DNA of 64,000 nt from Actinomycetes bacterium (lineage in GTDB: Bacteria > Actinomycetota > Actinomycetes > JBBQFP01): assembly GCA_038322045.1 (NCBI GenBank), contig JBBQFP010000001.1:38409-102408 (forward strand), read 5' to 3'. Under the pieces are notes generated by a model. It saw nothing but the letters and a program-made list of their open reading frames with translations, was not told the origin of the DNA and made no database searches. Below are positions 19,101-27,917 of the stretch, piece after piece (within the stretch, counting starts at the first letter, position 1; each line of letters begins with the position of its first letter). A program made the translations under genes and the position numbers.

Positions 19101-20032
19101 CCGAGGTCGGCCTGGGGATCGAGCACGCAGGACTCGGCGAGCTCCCGGGTCGCCTCGAGCAGCGCACGCGCCCTCCCCCGCTCGCAGGCACCTGCTGCAA
19201 CCACCTCACGGGCGACCACGGCCATCTGCGCCCCCGACTTGAGGTAGCCCTCGGCAGTGGTGCGGTCGACGTGGCGCAGGTCGAGAGCGACGAGCCGGCG
19301 AGCCGCGTCGAGGACGTCGGCGACCGGGGCGTCGCCACGGGTCGCGTAGCGCACCGCGTTGGTGAGGACCGAGGACAACCCCTGCTCGTCGGCGAACCCC
19401 GCGAGCCGGGCAGCCGCGACCGACTCCCCCTGGGCGCGGTGCGAGACCACCTCGACGACGAGGTTGTGCCCCGGGACCGCGTCTCGCCACTGCCGCAGCA
19501 CCGCCGCAGCGAGGTCCGGACGTCGGACGGCGAGGGCACGCCCCACCTCCGAGGACGGTCCCAGCAGCATCACGAGGTCGCCGTCGCCGGCGTGCTCAGC
19601 CACCAGCTCGAGAGAGGAGACCGGTCGGCCCCGCTCACCCCGCAGGTGCGTGGCGCTGACCAGCCGGCACAGCGCCGCCCACCCGCTGCGGCCTCGGGCG
19701 AGGACGGTGAACCTCGGATGGCGCTGGTCGACCGTGGCGCCCCCGCGGACCGGTGCCCTGCGGGGTACGTGCGGCAGCGAGGGATCTGCACCCCCGAGCA
19801 GCCCAGAGCGCTCGAGAGCGAGATCGACGCCGAGGACCGGGCGGATGCCTGCCTGGGCGGCCGCCTTGACGAAGCGGACGGCACCGTAGACGCCGTCGCG
19901 GTCGGTCAGCCCGAGGATGTCCATCCCCACGGCCGCGGCGCTCTCGACGAGCACCCGAGGGTGTGACGCCCCGTAGCGCAAGGAGTATCCCGAGGCGACG
20001 TGGAGGTGGGCGAAAGGGTCAGGACGTGGCAC
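16178..20032 (-). CDS. dnaE2: Error-prone DNA polymerase III alpha-type subunit DnaE2
   Basis: 1284-aa ORF with an N-terminal PHP motif FAHLHVASGYSLRYGAS (DnaE2-like rather than the DnaE1 HVHTEYSMLDGA). The Pol III alpha core includes FCKAHAAAFA. A LexA box lies upstream of the operon. Confidence 0.9.
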   Translation of the reverse strand: MPRPDPFAHLHVASGYSLRYGASHPRVLVESAAAVGMDILGLTDRDGVYGAVRFVKAAAQAGIRPVLGVDLALERSGLLGGADPSLPHVPRRAPVRGGATVDQRHPRFTVLARGRSGWAALCRLVSATHLRGERGRPVSSLELVAEHAGDGDLVMLLGPSSEVGRALAVRRPDLAAAVLRQWRDAVPGHNLVVEVVSHRAQGESVAAARLAGFADEQGLSSVLTNAVRYATRGDAPVADVLDAARRLVALDLRHVDRTTAEGYLKSGAQMAVVAREVVAAGACERGRARALLEATRELAESCVLDPQADLGIGEVHFPELEVSAGGLGLAAAAGGSPTPSTAAADAVLRARCESGLHGRAMTLTAEVRRRLDDELDVIRHLGYPTYFLTVADVVDLIRGMGVRVAARGSGAGSLVTYALGISGVDPMRHGLLMERFLSPLRGALPDVDIDVESDRRTEIYERILERFGGDRCACVSMMDTYRARHAIRDVGAALGLPPGEIDTLAKSFPHIRARDVRNALHELPELRRSGLAGPRLDLLFSLVERLDGLPRHVALHPCGVLLSDATLLDRTPVEASWLGFPMSQFDKGDVEDLGLLKLDVLGIRMQSAMSHAVAEVARVDGQDVDLDAVPFDDPATFALVQSTHTLGCFQIESPGQRELVGKFAPETFTDLIIDISLFRPGPVKSDMVTPFLRARQGWSQPEYLHPDLEFALAETYGVVVFHEQVLHIIATLTGCTLAEADEARRAIGDAGSQPSVREWFVPAARAKGYDVPTVERAWEVLRAFASFGFCKAHAAAFALPTYQSAWLKAHHPAAFLAGVLTHDPGMYPKRLILDDARLLGISVLGLDVNASDSSYRVERLGPPEELPDVLGMPFLPAAPTVPGLPDARGYGIRLALSEVKGISEAEVARAVAGRPYGSLADFWHRAAVSRPVVERLVLAGAFDSLYGLGPGTQTRRRGSVTRRDLLLQVADLERWTRASRSPGVGRRRRAEPLGGGAGGPTGVREQAARQSQAPVAVRAEPGVQLGLDLGDAPDAPGVSGLPELTSAEQVRAQLEVLGLDASRHVIDFYVPFLDALEVTRARDLLSRRSQAEVLVAGVKVATQTPPIRSGRRVVFLTLDDATGPLDATFFEDAQGPYAATLFHTWLLVVRGFLRRTGPRGISIRATGCWELPVLHAAWERDGLPAVAELMTAPVELLSEEAVLAAAESRASRPVMVRPPVGSPPGGYEPRDPSSSTAGGMGPRRVLVHPTGFRQSPYADIKPAGEDGKSAPRKLWHSSAGSSGG

Positions 20033-20612
20033 TGCTCACCACACGAGGCGGGCACGGCGCGTGCGAGAGCAGCCCCAGGGTGGTCTCGACGAGGGCGAGG
20101 AAGGTCGTGGAGTCGCGCACGAGGTCGTCGGCCTCACGGCAGGTGACCGCGCGCGCGATGCCGGCCTCGGCAGCCGCACGCTTGGCAGCTCCGGCAGCGA
20201 AGAACGCCGTCCACTCGGAGAGCTCCGGTGCCACCTGCGGCACGAGCTCCCACGCGCTGCGCGGACCACGACGCCGACTCGCCGGGCGGCCCCGGACCGC
20301 GAGCACCGCAGCTGCGCTGCGCAGGGCAGCCAGGTGCGCCGCTGCGTACCGCTCGGTGGGGACGGATGCAGCCATCGCCTCGCCGAGCCCGGCGCGGGCG
20401 AGGTCGAGCAGGCTCAGAGCAGCATCGACGCCGGCCCCCCCGCGCTGGGGAAGCGGCCGCTGCGCGGCGGCTCGTCCGGACCGGTGCGCGAGAGGTGCCG
20501 GCCGGACGCCGGTGCGCTCGGGGCTGCGCACGGCAGCAGGGCTGTGCACGGCAGCAGGGCTGCCCACGGCAGCGGTGGCGGTGGCGGTGACGGTGACGGT
20601 GGCGGCTGCCAT
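20019..20612 (-). CDS. HEPN-like protein (resembles the family annotated SAV_6107 HEPN)
   Basis: ATG 20612 lies 2 nt after the upstream TAG. The 197-aa product contains ERYAAAHLAALR, an Rx4H motif at 20334-20351. Its end overlaps the dnaE2 start by 14 nt. The family name is from memory, not from a search. Confidence 0.7.
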   Translation of the reverse strand: MAAATVTVTATATAAVGSPAAVHSPAAVRSPERTGVRPAPLAHRSGRAAAQRPLPQRGGAGVDAALSLLDLARAGLGEAMAASVPTERYAAAHLAALRSAAAVLAVRGRPASRRRGPRSAWELVPQVAPELSEWTAFFAAGAAKRAAAEAGIARAVTCREADDLVRDSTTFLALVETTLGLLSHAPCPPRVVSSATS

Positions 20613-20614
20613 GA

Positions 20615-20992
20615 CTAGTCCAGCGCCTGGGCGAGGGTCCAGGACCCGGCCCGGCGGTCCAGGCTCAGGTCGAACACCCCGGTGCCCAGCACCCGACCGG
20701 CGCTGGCCTCGACGCGCCACAGCTCGCGCTCCTCGGCCAGCGCTGCCGAACCCCGTCCGTCGACGTCGAGGGCTCCAGGTGCTCCCGAGGCCGGTGAGGT
20801 TGCGCCTGGTTGATCGTCGATCCCCGACGTGCTCGCCGCAGCAGAACGCCACCAGGCGCCCGTCTCGACCCAGTGGGCGAGCACCTCACGGACGACGTAG
20901 AGGCGGCCATGCCACAGGAACTGCGCGGGCACCGGCGAGACCTCGTCAGCAGCAGGCTTGACGTGGACCGGGTCGTCGTAACGTCGTGCCAT
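20615..20992 (-). CDS. Small conserved protein, first gene of the SOS operon (resembles DUF6504)
   Basis: ATG 20992 is preceded by GGGAGG-N5. The 125-aa product reads MARRYDDPVHVKP...FLWHGRLYVVREVLAHWVE...ELWRVEA...GVFDLSLD. The longer 212-aa ORF version is Arg/Ser-rich junk. Confidence 0.65.
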   Translation of the reverse strand: MARRYDDPVHVKPAADEVSPVPAQFLWHGRLYVVREVLAHWVETGAWWRSAAASTSGIDDQPGATSPASGAPGALDVDGRGSAALAEERELWRVEASAGRVLGTGVFDLSLDRRAGSWTLAQALD

Positions 20993-21160
20993 CGGTGCCT
21001 CCCAGGCTTCAGCAGCGGACGTCGCGCTCGTGGCACGAGCACGCAAGCCGGGGGAAGGCGGCTGATGAGAAGGCGCTGCCCGCAGGGTCGAGGGGGCTTC
21101 CCCACCTCCCCGGCCCTGCCGGCTGCACCGTGCCCGAGCAGATACCCGAGATTCGTCATC

Positions 21161-21176
21161 TCGAACATCTGTTCGA
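21161..21176. promoter_or_regulatory. LexA (SOS) box, actinobacterial Cheo-type
   Basis: TCGAACATCTGTTCGA is a perfect palindrome matching TCGAAC-N4-GTTCGA. It lies 169 nt upstream of the 20992 start and 126 nt upstream of the divergent 21302 start. Confidence 0.85.
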
Positions 21177-21301
21177 ACACGTCCGACAGTACACCGGGCC
21201 ACGCAGCGGTCGTCAACGCCCGAAGAGGGCCGACGGGCCGACGCACCACCCAAGTCGTCCGGCTGGCGAGGGGAAGCGGTGTGCTGGCACCCTGCTCCCC
21301 C

Positions 21302-21859
21302 ATGACCGACACCTCACCCGCCGCGGACCCCGGGGCGCCGTCGGGCCCGACGGCGCCCCGTGCGACAGCGCCACTGGCGGCTCCGACCCCGCCGTCCCAC
21401 CCCGCGGTCGCCATGGTCGCCGCGACGCTGGCCGCTGCCGGGTGCCGCGGTGAGGTCCGCTGGCTCGACGACTCCGCCCGCACGGCCGCCGAGGCCGCTG
21501 CGGCTCTCGGGGTCTCCCCCGCGGCCATCGCCAACAGCCTCGTCTTCCTTGCTGACGGCGAGCCGGTGCTCGTGCTGGCAAGCGGGGGCCACCGGGTCGA
21601 CACCGCGCTCGTCGCGGCGCTGCTCGGCGCGAGCCGGGTCACGAGGGCCGACCCCGCGACGGTGCGTACCGCGACCGGCGTGGCCATCGGCGGCGTCGCC
21701 CCGATCGGTCACCCGGCGCCGTTGCGCACGATCGTCGACGAGGCCCTGGCGGCCCACGACGTCATCTGGGCGGCCGCCGGGCACCCCCACGCGGTGTTCC
21801 CCACGACCGCGGCCGAGCTCGTGACGATCACCGGAGGGACGCTGAGCACGGTCGCCTGA
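21302..21859 (+). CDS. YbaK/EbsC-type aminoacyl-tRNA editing domain protein
   Basis: This is the C-terminal 185 aa of the 349-aa ORF. AAEAAAALGVSPAAIANSLVF...VLVLASGGHRVD...GGVAPIGH is a typical YbaK-fold sequence. The start could instead be the ATG near 21410. Confidence 0.75.
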   Translation: MTDTSPAADPGAPSGPTAPRATAPLAAPTPPSHPAVAMVAATLAAAGCRGEVRWLDDSARTAAEAAAALGVSPAAIANSLVFLADGEPVLVLASGGHRVDTALVAALLGASRVTRADPATVRTATGVAIGGVAPIGHPAPLRTIVDEALAAHDVIWAAAGHPHAVFPTTAAELVTITGGTLSTVA

Positions 21860-21969
21860 CCACCGCCCGGTTGCTCCGCAGTCCGACGGTGCGCAGCGGC
21901 CAGAGGCGGCGGCCGCACCGCGGCGACCGCGCCACGCCCCCCGGGACCGGCTGGACGGGCGGGTCGGAC

Positions 21970-24051
21970 TCAGGCGTCGATCGCCTCGCGGTTCACCTGG
22001 TCGGCCGAGGAGACGAGGAAGTCCCTGCGGGGGGCGACGTCGGAGCCCATGAGCAGCTCGAAGACCGCCTCGGCGGCGGCGGCGTCCCCAGCGGTGATCC
22101 GTCTCAGGGTCCGGCGTCGGGGGTCCATCGTCGTCTCGGCGAGCTGGGCGGCGTCCATCTCCCCGAGCCCCTTGTAGCGCTGGACCGGCTCCTTCCATCG
22201 CTTGGTGCGACGGGTGAGCTCGCCGAGCACCCGGTGCAGCTCGGCGTCGGAGTACGTGTAGACGTACTCGTTCTTCTTGCCTCCGGCCCCGACGACCTCG
22301 ATGCGGTGCAGCGGGGGCACGGCGGCGAAGACCCGTCCCTGCTCGAGCATCGGCCGCATGTAGCGGTACACGAGGGTGAGCAGCAGGCAGCGGATGTGGG
22401 CGCCGTCGACGTCGGCGTCGGCCATGAAGATGAGCTTGCCGTAGCGCGCCTGCTCGAGGTCGAAGGTGCGGCCGGACCCCGCTCCGAGGACCTGGATGAT
22501 CGCCGCGCACTCGGAGTTGTTGAGCATGTCGGCCAGCGAGGACTTCTGGACGTTGAGGATCTTGCCGCGGATCGGCAGGAGCGCCTGGAAGTCGGAGTTG
22601 CGGGCGAGCTTGGCCGTGCCCAGCGCTGAGTCACCCTCGACGATGAACAGCTCGCTGCGCTCGACGTCGCCGCTGCGGCAGTCCGCGAGCTTCGCCGGCA
22701 GCGACGACGTCTCGAGGGCGTTCTTGCGCCGCTGGAGCTCCTTGTGGGCCCGGGCGGCAAGCCGGGTGCGTGCGGCCCCGAGGACCTTGTCGAGGATCGT
22801 CCGGGCCTGCGCCTTGTCGTCGCGGCGGGCCGAGGTGAGCGCGGCCTTGAGCTCACCGGAGACGACCTGGGCGACGATGCGCGCGGCCGCCGAGGTGCCG
22901 AGGACCTCCTTGGTCTGGCCCTCGAACTGCGGCTCGGCCAGCCGCACCGTGACGACGGCCGTGGCGCCCTCGAGCACGTCCTCGACGAGGACGCCGTCCT
23001 CGCCCGTCTTGAGCATCCGGGCGCCGCGCAGGACCTCGGTGAGCGTCTCGCGCACCGCTCGCTCGAAGCCCCGGACGTGGGTGCCGCCCTTGGGGGTGGC
23101 GATGATGTTGACGAACGAGCGCACCGTCGTGTCGTACCCGGTGCCCCAGCGCAGGGCGACGTCGACGCCGAGCTCGCGGGTGACCTCGGCCGGGCTCAGG
23201 TGCCCGCGGTCGTCGAAGATCGGCACGGTCTCCTTGAACGAGCCGCTCCCGGTGAGCCGCAGGACGTCGCTGACGGGCTGGTCGGGGGCGAGGTACTCGC
23301 AGAACTCGCTGATGCCGCCGTCGAACCGGAAGGTCTCCTCCTCGACCTCGCCGGTGCGCTCGTCACGGACGACGAGGGTCAGCCCGGGGACGAGGAACGC
23401 CGTCTGCCGTGCTCGGTCGTGGAGCTCCTCGATCGACACGGCGGCCTCGCGGAGGAACACCTGCCGATCGGCCCAGAAGCGCACCCGGGTGCCGGTGACC
23501 CCACGCTTGACCTTCCCGCCCAGGCGCAGGCCACCGCCGGGGGTGAAGGGTGCCGACGGACCGTCGCCGTCGAAGGTCCCCGGGGCCCCGCGGCGAAAGC
23601 TCATGAGGTGGGTGCGCCCGTCCCGGTCGACCTCGACGTCGAGGCGGGAGGAGAGGGCGTTGACGACGGACGCGCCGACGCCGTGCAGGCCGCCGGACGC
23701 CGCGTACGAGCCGCCCCCGAACTTGCCTCCGGCGTGCAGACGGGTCATGACGACCTCGACGCCGGACAGCCCCGTCTTGGGCTCGACGTCGACGGGGATC
23801 CCGCGGCCGTCGTCGCGCACCTCGACGGAGTGGTCGGGATGGACGAGGACGTCGATCCGCGTGGCGTGGCTCGCGAGCGCCTCGTCGACCGAGTTGTCGA
23901 TGATCTCCCAGACGCAGTGCATGAGGCCGCGGGAGTCGGTGGACCCGATGTACATGCCCGGACGCTTGCGCACGGCCTCGAGGCCCTCGAGGACGGAGAG
24001 GTTGCGGGCGGTGTAGGCCGAGGGGTTGAGGTCTGCGGGCTGCGCGCTCAC
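21970..24051 (-). CDS. parE: Type IIA topoisomerase subunit B (topoisomerase IV ParE / GyrB paralogue)
   Basis: GTG 24051 is preceded by GGAGGAG. Motifs include LEGLEAVRKRPGMYIGS, a GHKL ATPase (HCVWEIIDNSVDE, GLHGVG), TOPRIM (ELFIVEGDSA) and PLRGKILNV. Synteny with the principal sigma gene matches Streptomyces parE. Confidence 0.88.
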   Translation of the reverse strand: MSAQPADLNPSAYTARNLSVLEGLEAVRKRPGMYIGSTDSRGLMHCVWEIIDNSVDEALASHATRIDVLVHPDHSVEVRDDGRGIPVDVEPKTGLSGVEVVMTRLHAGGKFGGGSYAASGGLHGVGASVVNALSSRLDVEVDRDGRTHLMSFRRGAPGTFDGDGPSAPFTPGGGLRLGGKVKRGVTGTRVRFWADRQVFLREAAVSIEELHDRARQTAFLVPGLTLVVRDERTGEVEEETFRFDGGISEFCEYLAPDQPVSDVLRLTGSGSFKETVPIFDDRGHLSPAEVTRELGVDVALRWGTGYDTTVRSFVNIIATPKGGTHVRGFERAVRETLTEVLRGARMLKTGEDGVLVEDVLEGATAVVTVRLAEPQFEGQTKEVLGTSAAARIVAQVVSGELKAALTSARRDDKAQARTILDKVLGAARTRLAARAHKELQRRKNALETSSLPAKLADCRSGDVERSELFIVEGDSALGTAKLARNSDFQALLPIRGKILNVQKSSLADMLNNSECAAIIQVLGAGSGRTFDLEQARYGKLIFMADADVDGAHIRCLLLTLVYRYMRPMLEQGRVFAAVPPLHRIEVVGAGGKKNEYVYTYSDAELHRVLGELTRRTKRWKEPVQRYKGLGEMDAAQLAETTMDPRRRTLRRITAGDAAAAEAVFELLMGSDVAPRRDFLVSSADQVNREAIDA

Positions 24052-24310
24052 GCGAGAACTGCTCCTCCACTGCCGGGCGGGGGCCTCTCCCGAGGGGGAG
24101 GGCCACGCCCGAGGGTACCGGCGGGCACTGACTGCGGACCGACTACGCCGAGGGCGAACAATCCGCGTTGCCGCGCGGGAACGAATGCAGCCTGCGACCA
24201 TGTTGTGCACGGTGTCGGCGCACGCACGGTGCGTCGGCGCCCGGTCGGGGTAGGGACACGGAAAGCCCAGTCCGCTAAAGTCCCCGATCCTGAGACCCGA
24301 AAGAGGCGAT

Positions 24311-24541
24311 GTGACCACTGCTCTAGCACCGAAGGCCACCCTCACCGCTGCTGACCGCTGCGACCGGTGCGGGGCCCAGGCCTACGTGCGGGTGCGGCTC
24401 GGATCGGGAGGCGAGCTGCTCTTCTGCGCCCACCACGCGAAGGCCTACGACGACAAGCTCCGCACCGTAGCGGTCGACATCCAGGACGAGACCGACAAGC
24501 TGACGGCGACCAGGCCGGTGGCTCCAGCCGAAGAACGCTGA
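24311..24541 (+). CDS. Small conserved Cys/His (zinc-ribbon-like) protein
   Basis: 76-aa ORF with RCDRCGAQAYVR...FCAHH. It lies between parE and the principal sigma gene, as in other actinobacteria. I believe this family is annotated as a DUF, but that is unverified. Confidence 0.7.
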   Translation: MTTALAPKATLTAADRCDRCGAQAYVRVRLGSGGELLFCAHHAKAYDDKLRTVAVDIQDETDKLTATRPVAPAEER

Positions 24542-24577
24542 GCCCCGGCTCCGCACCCGGAGCCCACCTGCTCGCCG

Positions 24578-24615
24578 ACGAGGCGGCATCCCCCACCTGG
24601 GGTGCCGCCTCGTCG
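24578..24615. terminator. Bidirectional hairpin terminator between convergent genes
   Basis: gacgaggcggca-N14-tgccgcctcgtc is a perfect 12-bp stem whose loop can extend the pairing (cccca/tgggg). It lies between the 24541 stop (+) and the 24633 stop (-). Confidence 0.6.
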
Positions 24616-24632
24616 CGTCTGTGGTCTTGGTC

Positions 24633-26315
24633 TCAGTCGAGGTAGTCGCGCAGGACCTGGGAGCGCGACGGGTGGCGCAGCTTCGACATCGTCTTGCTCT
24701 CGATCTGCCGGATGCGCTCACGGGTGACCCCGTAGACCTTGCCGATCTCGTCCAAGGTCTTCGGTTGGCCGTCGGTGAGGCCGAAGCGCATGGACACGAC
24801 ACCGGCCTCGCGCTCGGAGAGCGTGTCGAGCACCGAGTGCAGCTGCTCTTGAAGCAGCGTGAACGAGACCGCGTCCGCCGGGACGACGGCCTCGGAGTCC
24901 TCGATGAGGTCGCCGAACTCGCTGTCGCCGTCCTCGCCGAGGGGCGTGTGGAGCGAGATCGGCTCGCGGCCGTACTTCTGCACCTCGACGACCTTCTCCG
25001 GGGTCATGTCGAGCTCTTTGGCGAGCTCCTCCGGGGTCGGCTCGCGGCCGAGGTCCTGGAGCATCTGCCGCTGGACGCGGGCGAGCTTGTTGATGACCTC
25101 GACCATGTGGACCGGGATGCGAATCGTGCGCGCCTGGTCGGCCATGGCGCGGGTGATGGCCTGGCGGATCCACCACGTGGCGTAGGTCGAGAACTTGTAG
25201 CCCTTGGTGTAGTCGAACTTCTCCACGGCGCGAATGAGGCCGAGGTTGCCTTCCTGGATGAGGTCGAGGAAGAGCATCCCGCGCCCGGTGTAGCGCTTGG
25301 CGAGGGAGACGACGAGGCGCAGGTTCGCCTCGAGGAGGTGGTTCTTGGCGCGGCGGCCATCCTCGGAGATCCACTCGAGCTCGCGGCGCAGCTTCGGGGC
25401 GAGCTTGTCGCCTGAGTTGATCTTCTCCTCCGCGAAGAGGCCCGCCTCGATCCTCTTGGCGAGGTCGACCTCCTGCTCGGCGTTGAGGAGCGCGACCTTG
25501 CCGATCTGCTTGAGGTAGTCCTTCACAGGGTCGGCGGTGGCCCCGGCGGAGACGACCTGCTGGGCCGGCGCGTCCTCCTCGTCGTCGTCGGCGATGACGA
25601 AGGCGCTGGCCTCCTCGTCCTCCGCGGCGGCCTCGACCGGGACGACGGCGACGGCGGTGTCCCCGCCCGGGACCGCGACAGCCTGGAGCACCTCGGCGGC
25701 TGCCGCCTCGACCTCGGCGATGTTGGGCTCTTTGTCCATGGCGTCGACCTCGTCGACGCCATCGTCACTGGCGGGTACCCCCGGCGCGGTGGCCGGCGGT
25801 GCGGTCTTCTTCGCCGCGCCCTTGGCGGGCTTCGCCGCTGCCTTGGCGGGAGCTTTGGTGGGCTCGCCCGTTCCTGCGGCAAGCTTCGCGGCGGCCACGC
25901 TGGCCGTCTTCGCGGGGGCCGTCTTCGCGGGGACGGCCTTGGCAGGCGCCGCCTTCGGGGCGGCTGACGACGGTGCCTCGGACGCACCGGCGGCGGCGTC
26001 GGGCTCCTCCGCGCTCACCCGGCTCGTCGTCGTCGCCTTGCGCGTGGCGGCCGCAGCGGCCACGGTCTTGCGCGGCGCCCGAGCGGTCGGCAGAGCCGAG
26101 CCTGCCTCGGAGGCGGTGACGTGGACCGTCACGCCGTTGTCGGCTAGGGCACGCAGCACCGGCTTCATCCGCGAGGCGGGGAGGTCGGCCGAGTGGAACG
26201 CCCGCCGCAGGTCGGCCGAGGAGACCGAACCGCACGCCTGGCCGGCGGCGAACAGCTCAGCCACGGGAGCCAGGGAGAACTCAGGGGGAAACGGGCGGGA
26301 CGTCGGAGCCGACAC
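24633..26315 (-). CDS. sigA: Principal RNA polymerase sigma factor (RpoD/SigA/HrdB type)
   Basis: 560-aa ORF with regions 1.2-4.2 fully recognisable: [49 protein letters not shown] and a C-terminal HTH ([20 protein letters not shown]). It has a long Ala/Lys/Pro-rich N-terminal spacer. Confidence 0.96.
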   Translation of the reverse strand: MSAPTSRPFPPEFSLAPVAELFAAGQACGSVSSADLRRAFHSADLPASRMKPVLRALADNGVTVHVTASEAGSALPTARAPRKTVAAAAATRKATTTSRVSAEEPDAAAGASEAPSSAAPKAAPAKAVPAKTAPAKTASVAAAKLAAGTGEPTKAPAKAAAKPAKGAAKKTAPPATAPGVPASDDGVDEVDAMDKEPNIAEVEAAAAEVLQAVAVPGGDTAVAVVPVEAAAEDEEASAFVIADDDEEDAPAQQVVSAGATADPVKDYLKQIGKVALLNAEQEVDLAKRIEAGLFAEEKINSGDKLAPKLRRELEWISEDGRRAKNHLLEANLRLVVSLAKRYTGRGMLFLDLIQEGNLGLIRAVEKFDYTKGYKFSTYATWWIRQAITRAMADQARTIRIPVHMVEVINKLARVQRQMLQDLGREPTPEELAKELDMTPEKVVEVQKYGREPISLHTPLGEDGDSEFGDLIEDSEAVVPADAVSFTLLQEQLHSVLDTLSEREAGVVSMRFGLTDGQPKTLDEIGKVYGVTRERIRQIESKTMSKLRHPSRSQVLRDYLD

Positions 26316-26569
26316 GTACTACCTCTCGACAGGCTGACGGTGCGACGGCCCGTCGAAGCGGCCGCCAGGGTGCGGTGGCCGCGGGCACGCGCGAGGGCGC
26401 GGCGCACGACCGGCCCGCAGAGCGGGCCAACACAGCATTGTGGCACGCCTGTCGGGTCGTCCCGGGTCACCGGCACGGCTCGGGGGCGAGCCCGAGGTCG
26501 GCCGAGCCGCAGGGCACCCGGGAGCACTCGGCCGGAGCAGCCGACCGAGGTCTGCCGATGCTCGCGGGC

Positions 26570-26974
26570 TCAGGCCTGCTCGGCCTTGACCGCGAGCACG
26601 GCGCAGGGGGCCTCGAGGAGGATCCGCTGGGCGTTGCTGCCGAGGATGAGCTTGCCGACGGGGGTGCGGCGCCGCAGCCCGATGACGATGACCTGGGCGG
26701 AGGTCTCCTCGGCGACGGAGATGAGGTCCTCGGAGGGGTCTTGCCCACGGATGAGCTGGCGCACCTCGTGGTCGACGCCCTCGGCCTCGAGGGACTCGCG
26801 GACCTCGTCGAGGGCGCGCTGGTAGACGATCGCATCAGCGGAGTCGTACTCGGCGCCGCCGCGGTGGGAGTTGACGACGACGAGCGTCGTCTTGCGCAGC
26901 TTCGCCTCGTCCGAGGCTCGCTTGAGCGCCGCGCGCCCCTCGGGGGTGGGGACGTACCCGACGACGACCGACAT
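26570..26974 (-). CDS. Universal stress protein (UspA family)
   Basis: 134-aa ORF with VIVIGLRRRTPVGKLILGSNAQRILLEAPCAVLAV, a USP ATP-binding-type C-terminus. An SD (GAGGAAGAGGAG) lies upstream. Confidence 0.88.
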   Translation of the reverse strand: MSVVVGYVPTPEGRAALKRASDEAKLRKTTLVVVNSHRGGAEYDSADAIVYQRALDEVRESLEAEGVDHEVRQLIRGQDPSEDLISVAEETSAQVIVIGLRRRTPVGKLILGSNAQRILLEAPCAVLAVKAEQA

Positions 26975-27146
26975 GGCGGCGGCTCCTCTTCCTCAGGTCT
27001 GGCCCGCGCAGGGGCTGGACGGTGATGCTGGGCGGTACGGCGACCTCAGCCCTTGGATCAGGGGCGTGACGTCAGGTGCTGCCTTGCGATCGTAGCCATT
27101 CGCGGTGCCTCTGGCTTGCTTTCCTTCATGACGAGCCCGCGGCGAC

Positions 27147-27917
27147 CTAGGCGTCGCGCTTCTCGAACAGCACCCAGGCCAGCGCAAGGATGATCACGGC
27201 GAAGGCAGTAAACGTCAACCCCCCTGCGAGCGGCGAGAGCTGGCTGCCGAACTGCGTCCCACCGTCGGCGGAGGCGCTGTCCCAGCTGAACATGCGAGTG
27301 CCCGCAGAGAACGGGAGGTAGTCCCCGATCCCCCGGATGCTCTTGAGAGCGTCGATCTGCAGCAGCCCGAGGACGATGTTCTCGACGACGAGCGGAACGA
27401 CGATGAGGATCCCGAGCGCGGCGGGGACGTTACGGAACAGCAGGCCGTACCCGATCCCCACCATGGCGAACAGCACGGTCCAGGCGATCGCCCCGAGGAC
27501 GACCCGCTCGGTATGGCCGCCAGTCAGGCTCAGCCCGGTCGTGTCCTTGGCGACGACGCTCGTGACGACGTAGGCGACGCCGACACAGGCCACAGCCGTG
27601 ACGAGGGTGAGGCCGAGCACCATGACAACCTTCGCCGCGGCCACCTGGGACCGGCGCGGCAGGGCCGTCAGGGTGGGGCGGATCATGCCGAAGCGATACT
27701 CGTGGCCGAAGGCGAAGACCCCGACGATCCCGAGCAGCAACGGCGGCAGCGACGAGCCTGAGGCCAGAGCCTGGGCGTAGGTCACCTGGTCGCGGTCGAG
27801 GTTGTTGGCCGAGCCCCAGGCGACCAGTCCGGTGAAGACCAGGCACAGCACGACGAGGATGTACGTCGAGCGCACCGTCCTCAGGCGCAACCACTCGTAG
27901 CGCAGCGCCCCGCTCAT
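27147..27917 (-). CDS. ABC-2 type transporter permease
   Basis: 256-aa ORF with about six hydrophobic segments. Its start overlaps the upstream ATPase stop (ATGA-type 4-nt overlap). Confidence 0.85.
   Translation of the reverse strand: MSGALRYEWLRLRTVRSTYILVVLCLVFTGLVAWGSANNLDRDQVTYAQALASGSSLPPLLLGIVGVFAFGHEYRFGMIRPTLTALPRRSQVAAAKVVMVLGLTLVTAVACVGVAYVVTSVVAKDTTGLSLTGGHTERVVLGAIAWTVLFAMVGIGYGLLFRNVPAALGILIVVPLVVENIVLGLLQIDALKSIRGIGDYLPFSAGTRMFSWDSASADGGTQFGSQLSPLAGGLTFTAFAVIILALAWVLFEKRDA

Noticed and set aside
20019-20852. 277-aa version of the HEPN-like ORF and 212-aa version of the upstream small ORF
   Set aside because: The N-terminal extensions overlap the neighbouring gene and are Arg/Gly/Ser-rich. 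Internal ATGs with good RBS or tight junctions (20612, 20992) give compact, motif-containing products.
21176-21200. RecA-independent (PafBC-type) damage promoter next to the LexA box (minus-strand TGTCGGAC at 21181-21188)
   Set aside because: Only the TGTCGG half resembles the tgtcRgtg-N8-TAnnnT consensus. The -10 part (ACAGAT) is a poor match, so this is too weak to call.
14989-21300. Search for imuA/imuB-like genes around dnaE2
   Set aside because: No RecA-like small ORF and no catalytically dead Y-family gene is present. The only Y-family gene in the operon keeps all catalytic acids, so it is called dinB, not imuB.
24254-24281. Sigma-A-like promoter GGACAC-N16-TAAAGT upstream of the 24311 small gene
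   Set aside because: It is plausible by spacing, but the -35 is weak and I have no TSS evidence, so it is not listed as a feature.
26993-27187. 64-aa minus ORF and a 23-aa ORF in the USP/ABC intergenic region
   Set aside because: They show poor codon bias and have no RBS. The region is better explained as the USP promoter/leader.
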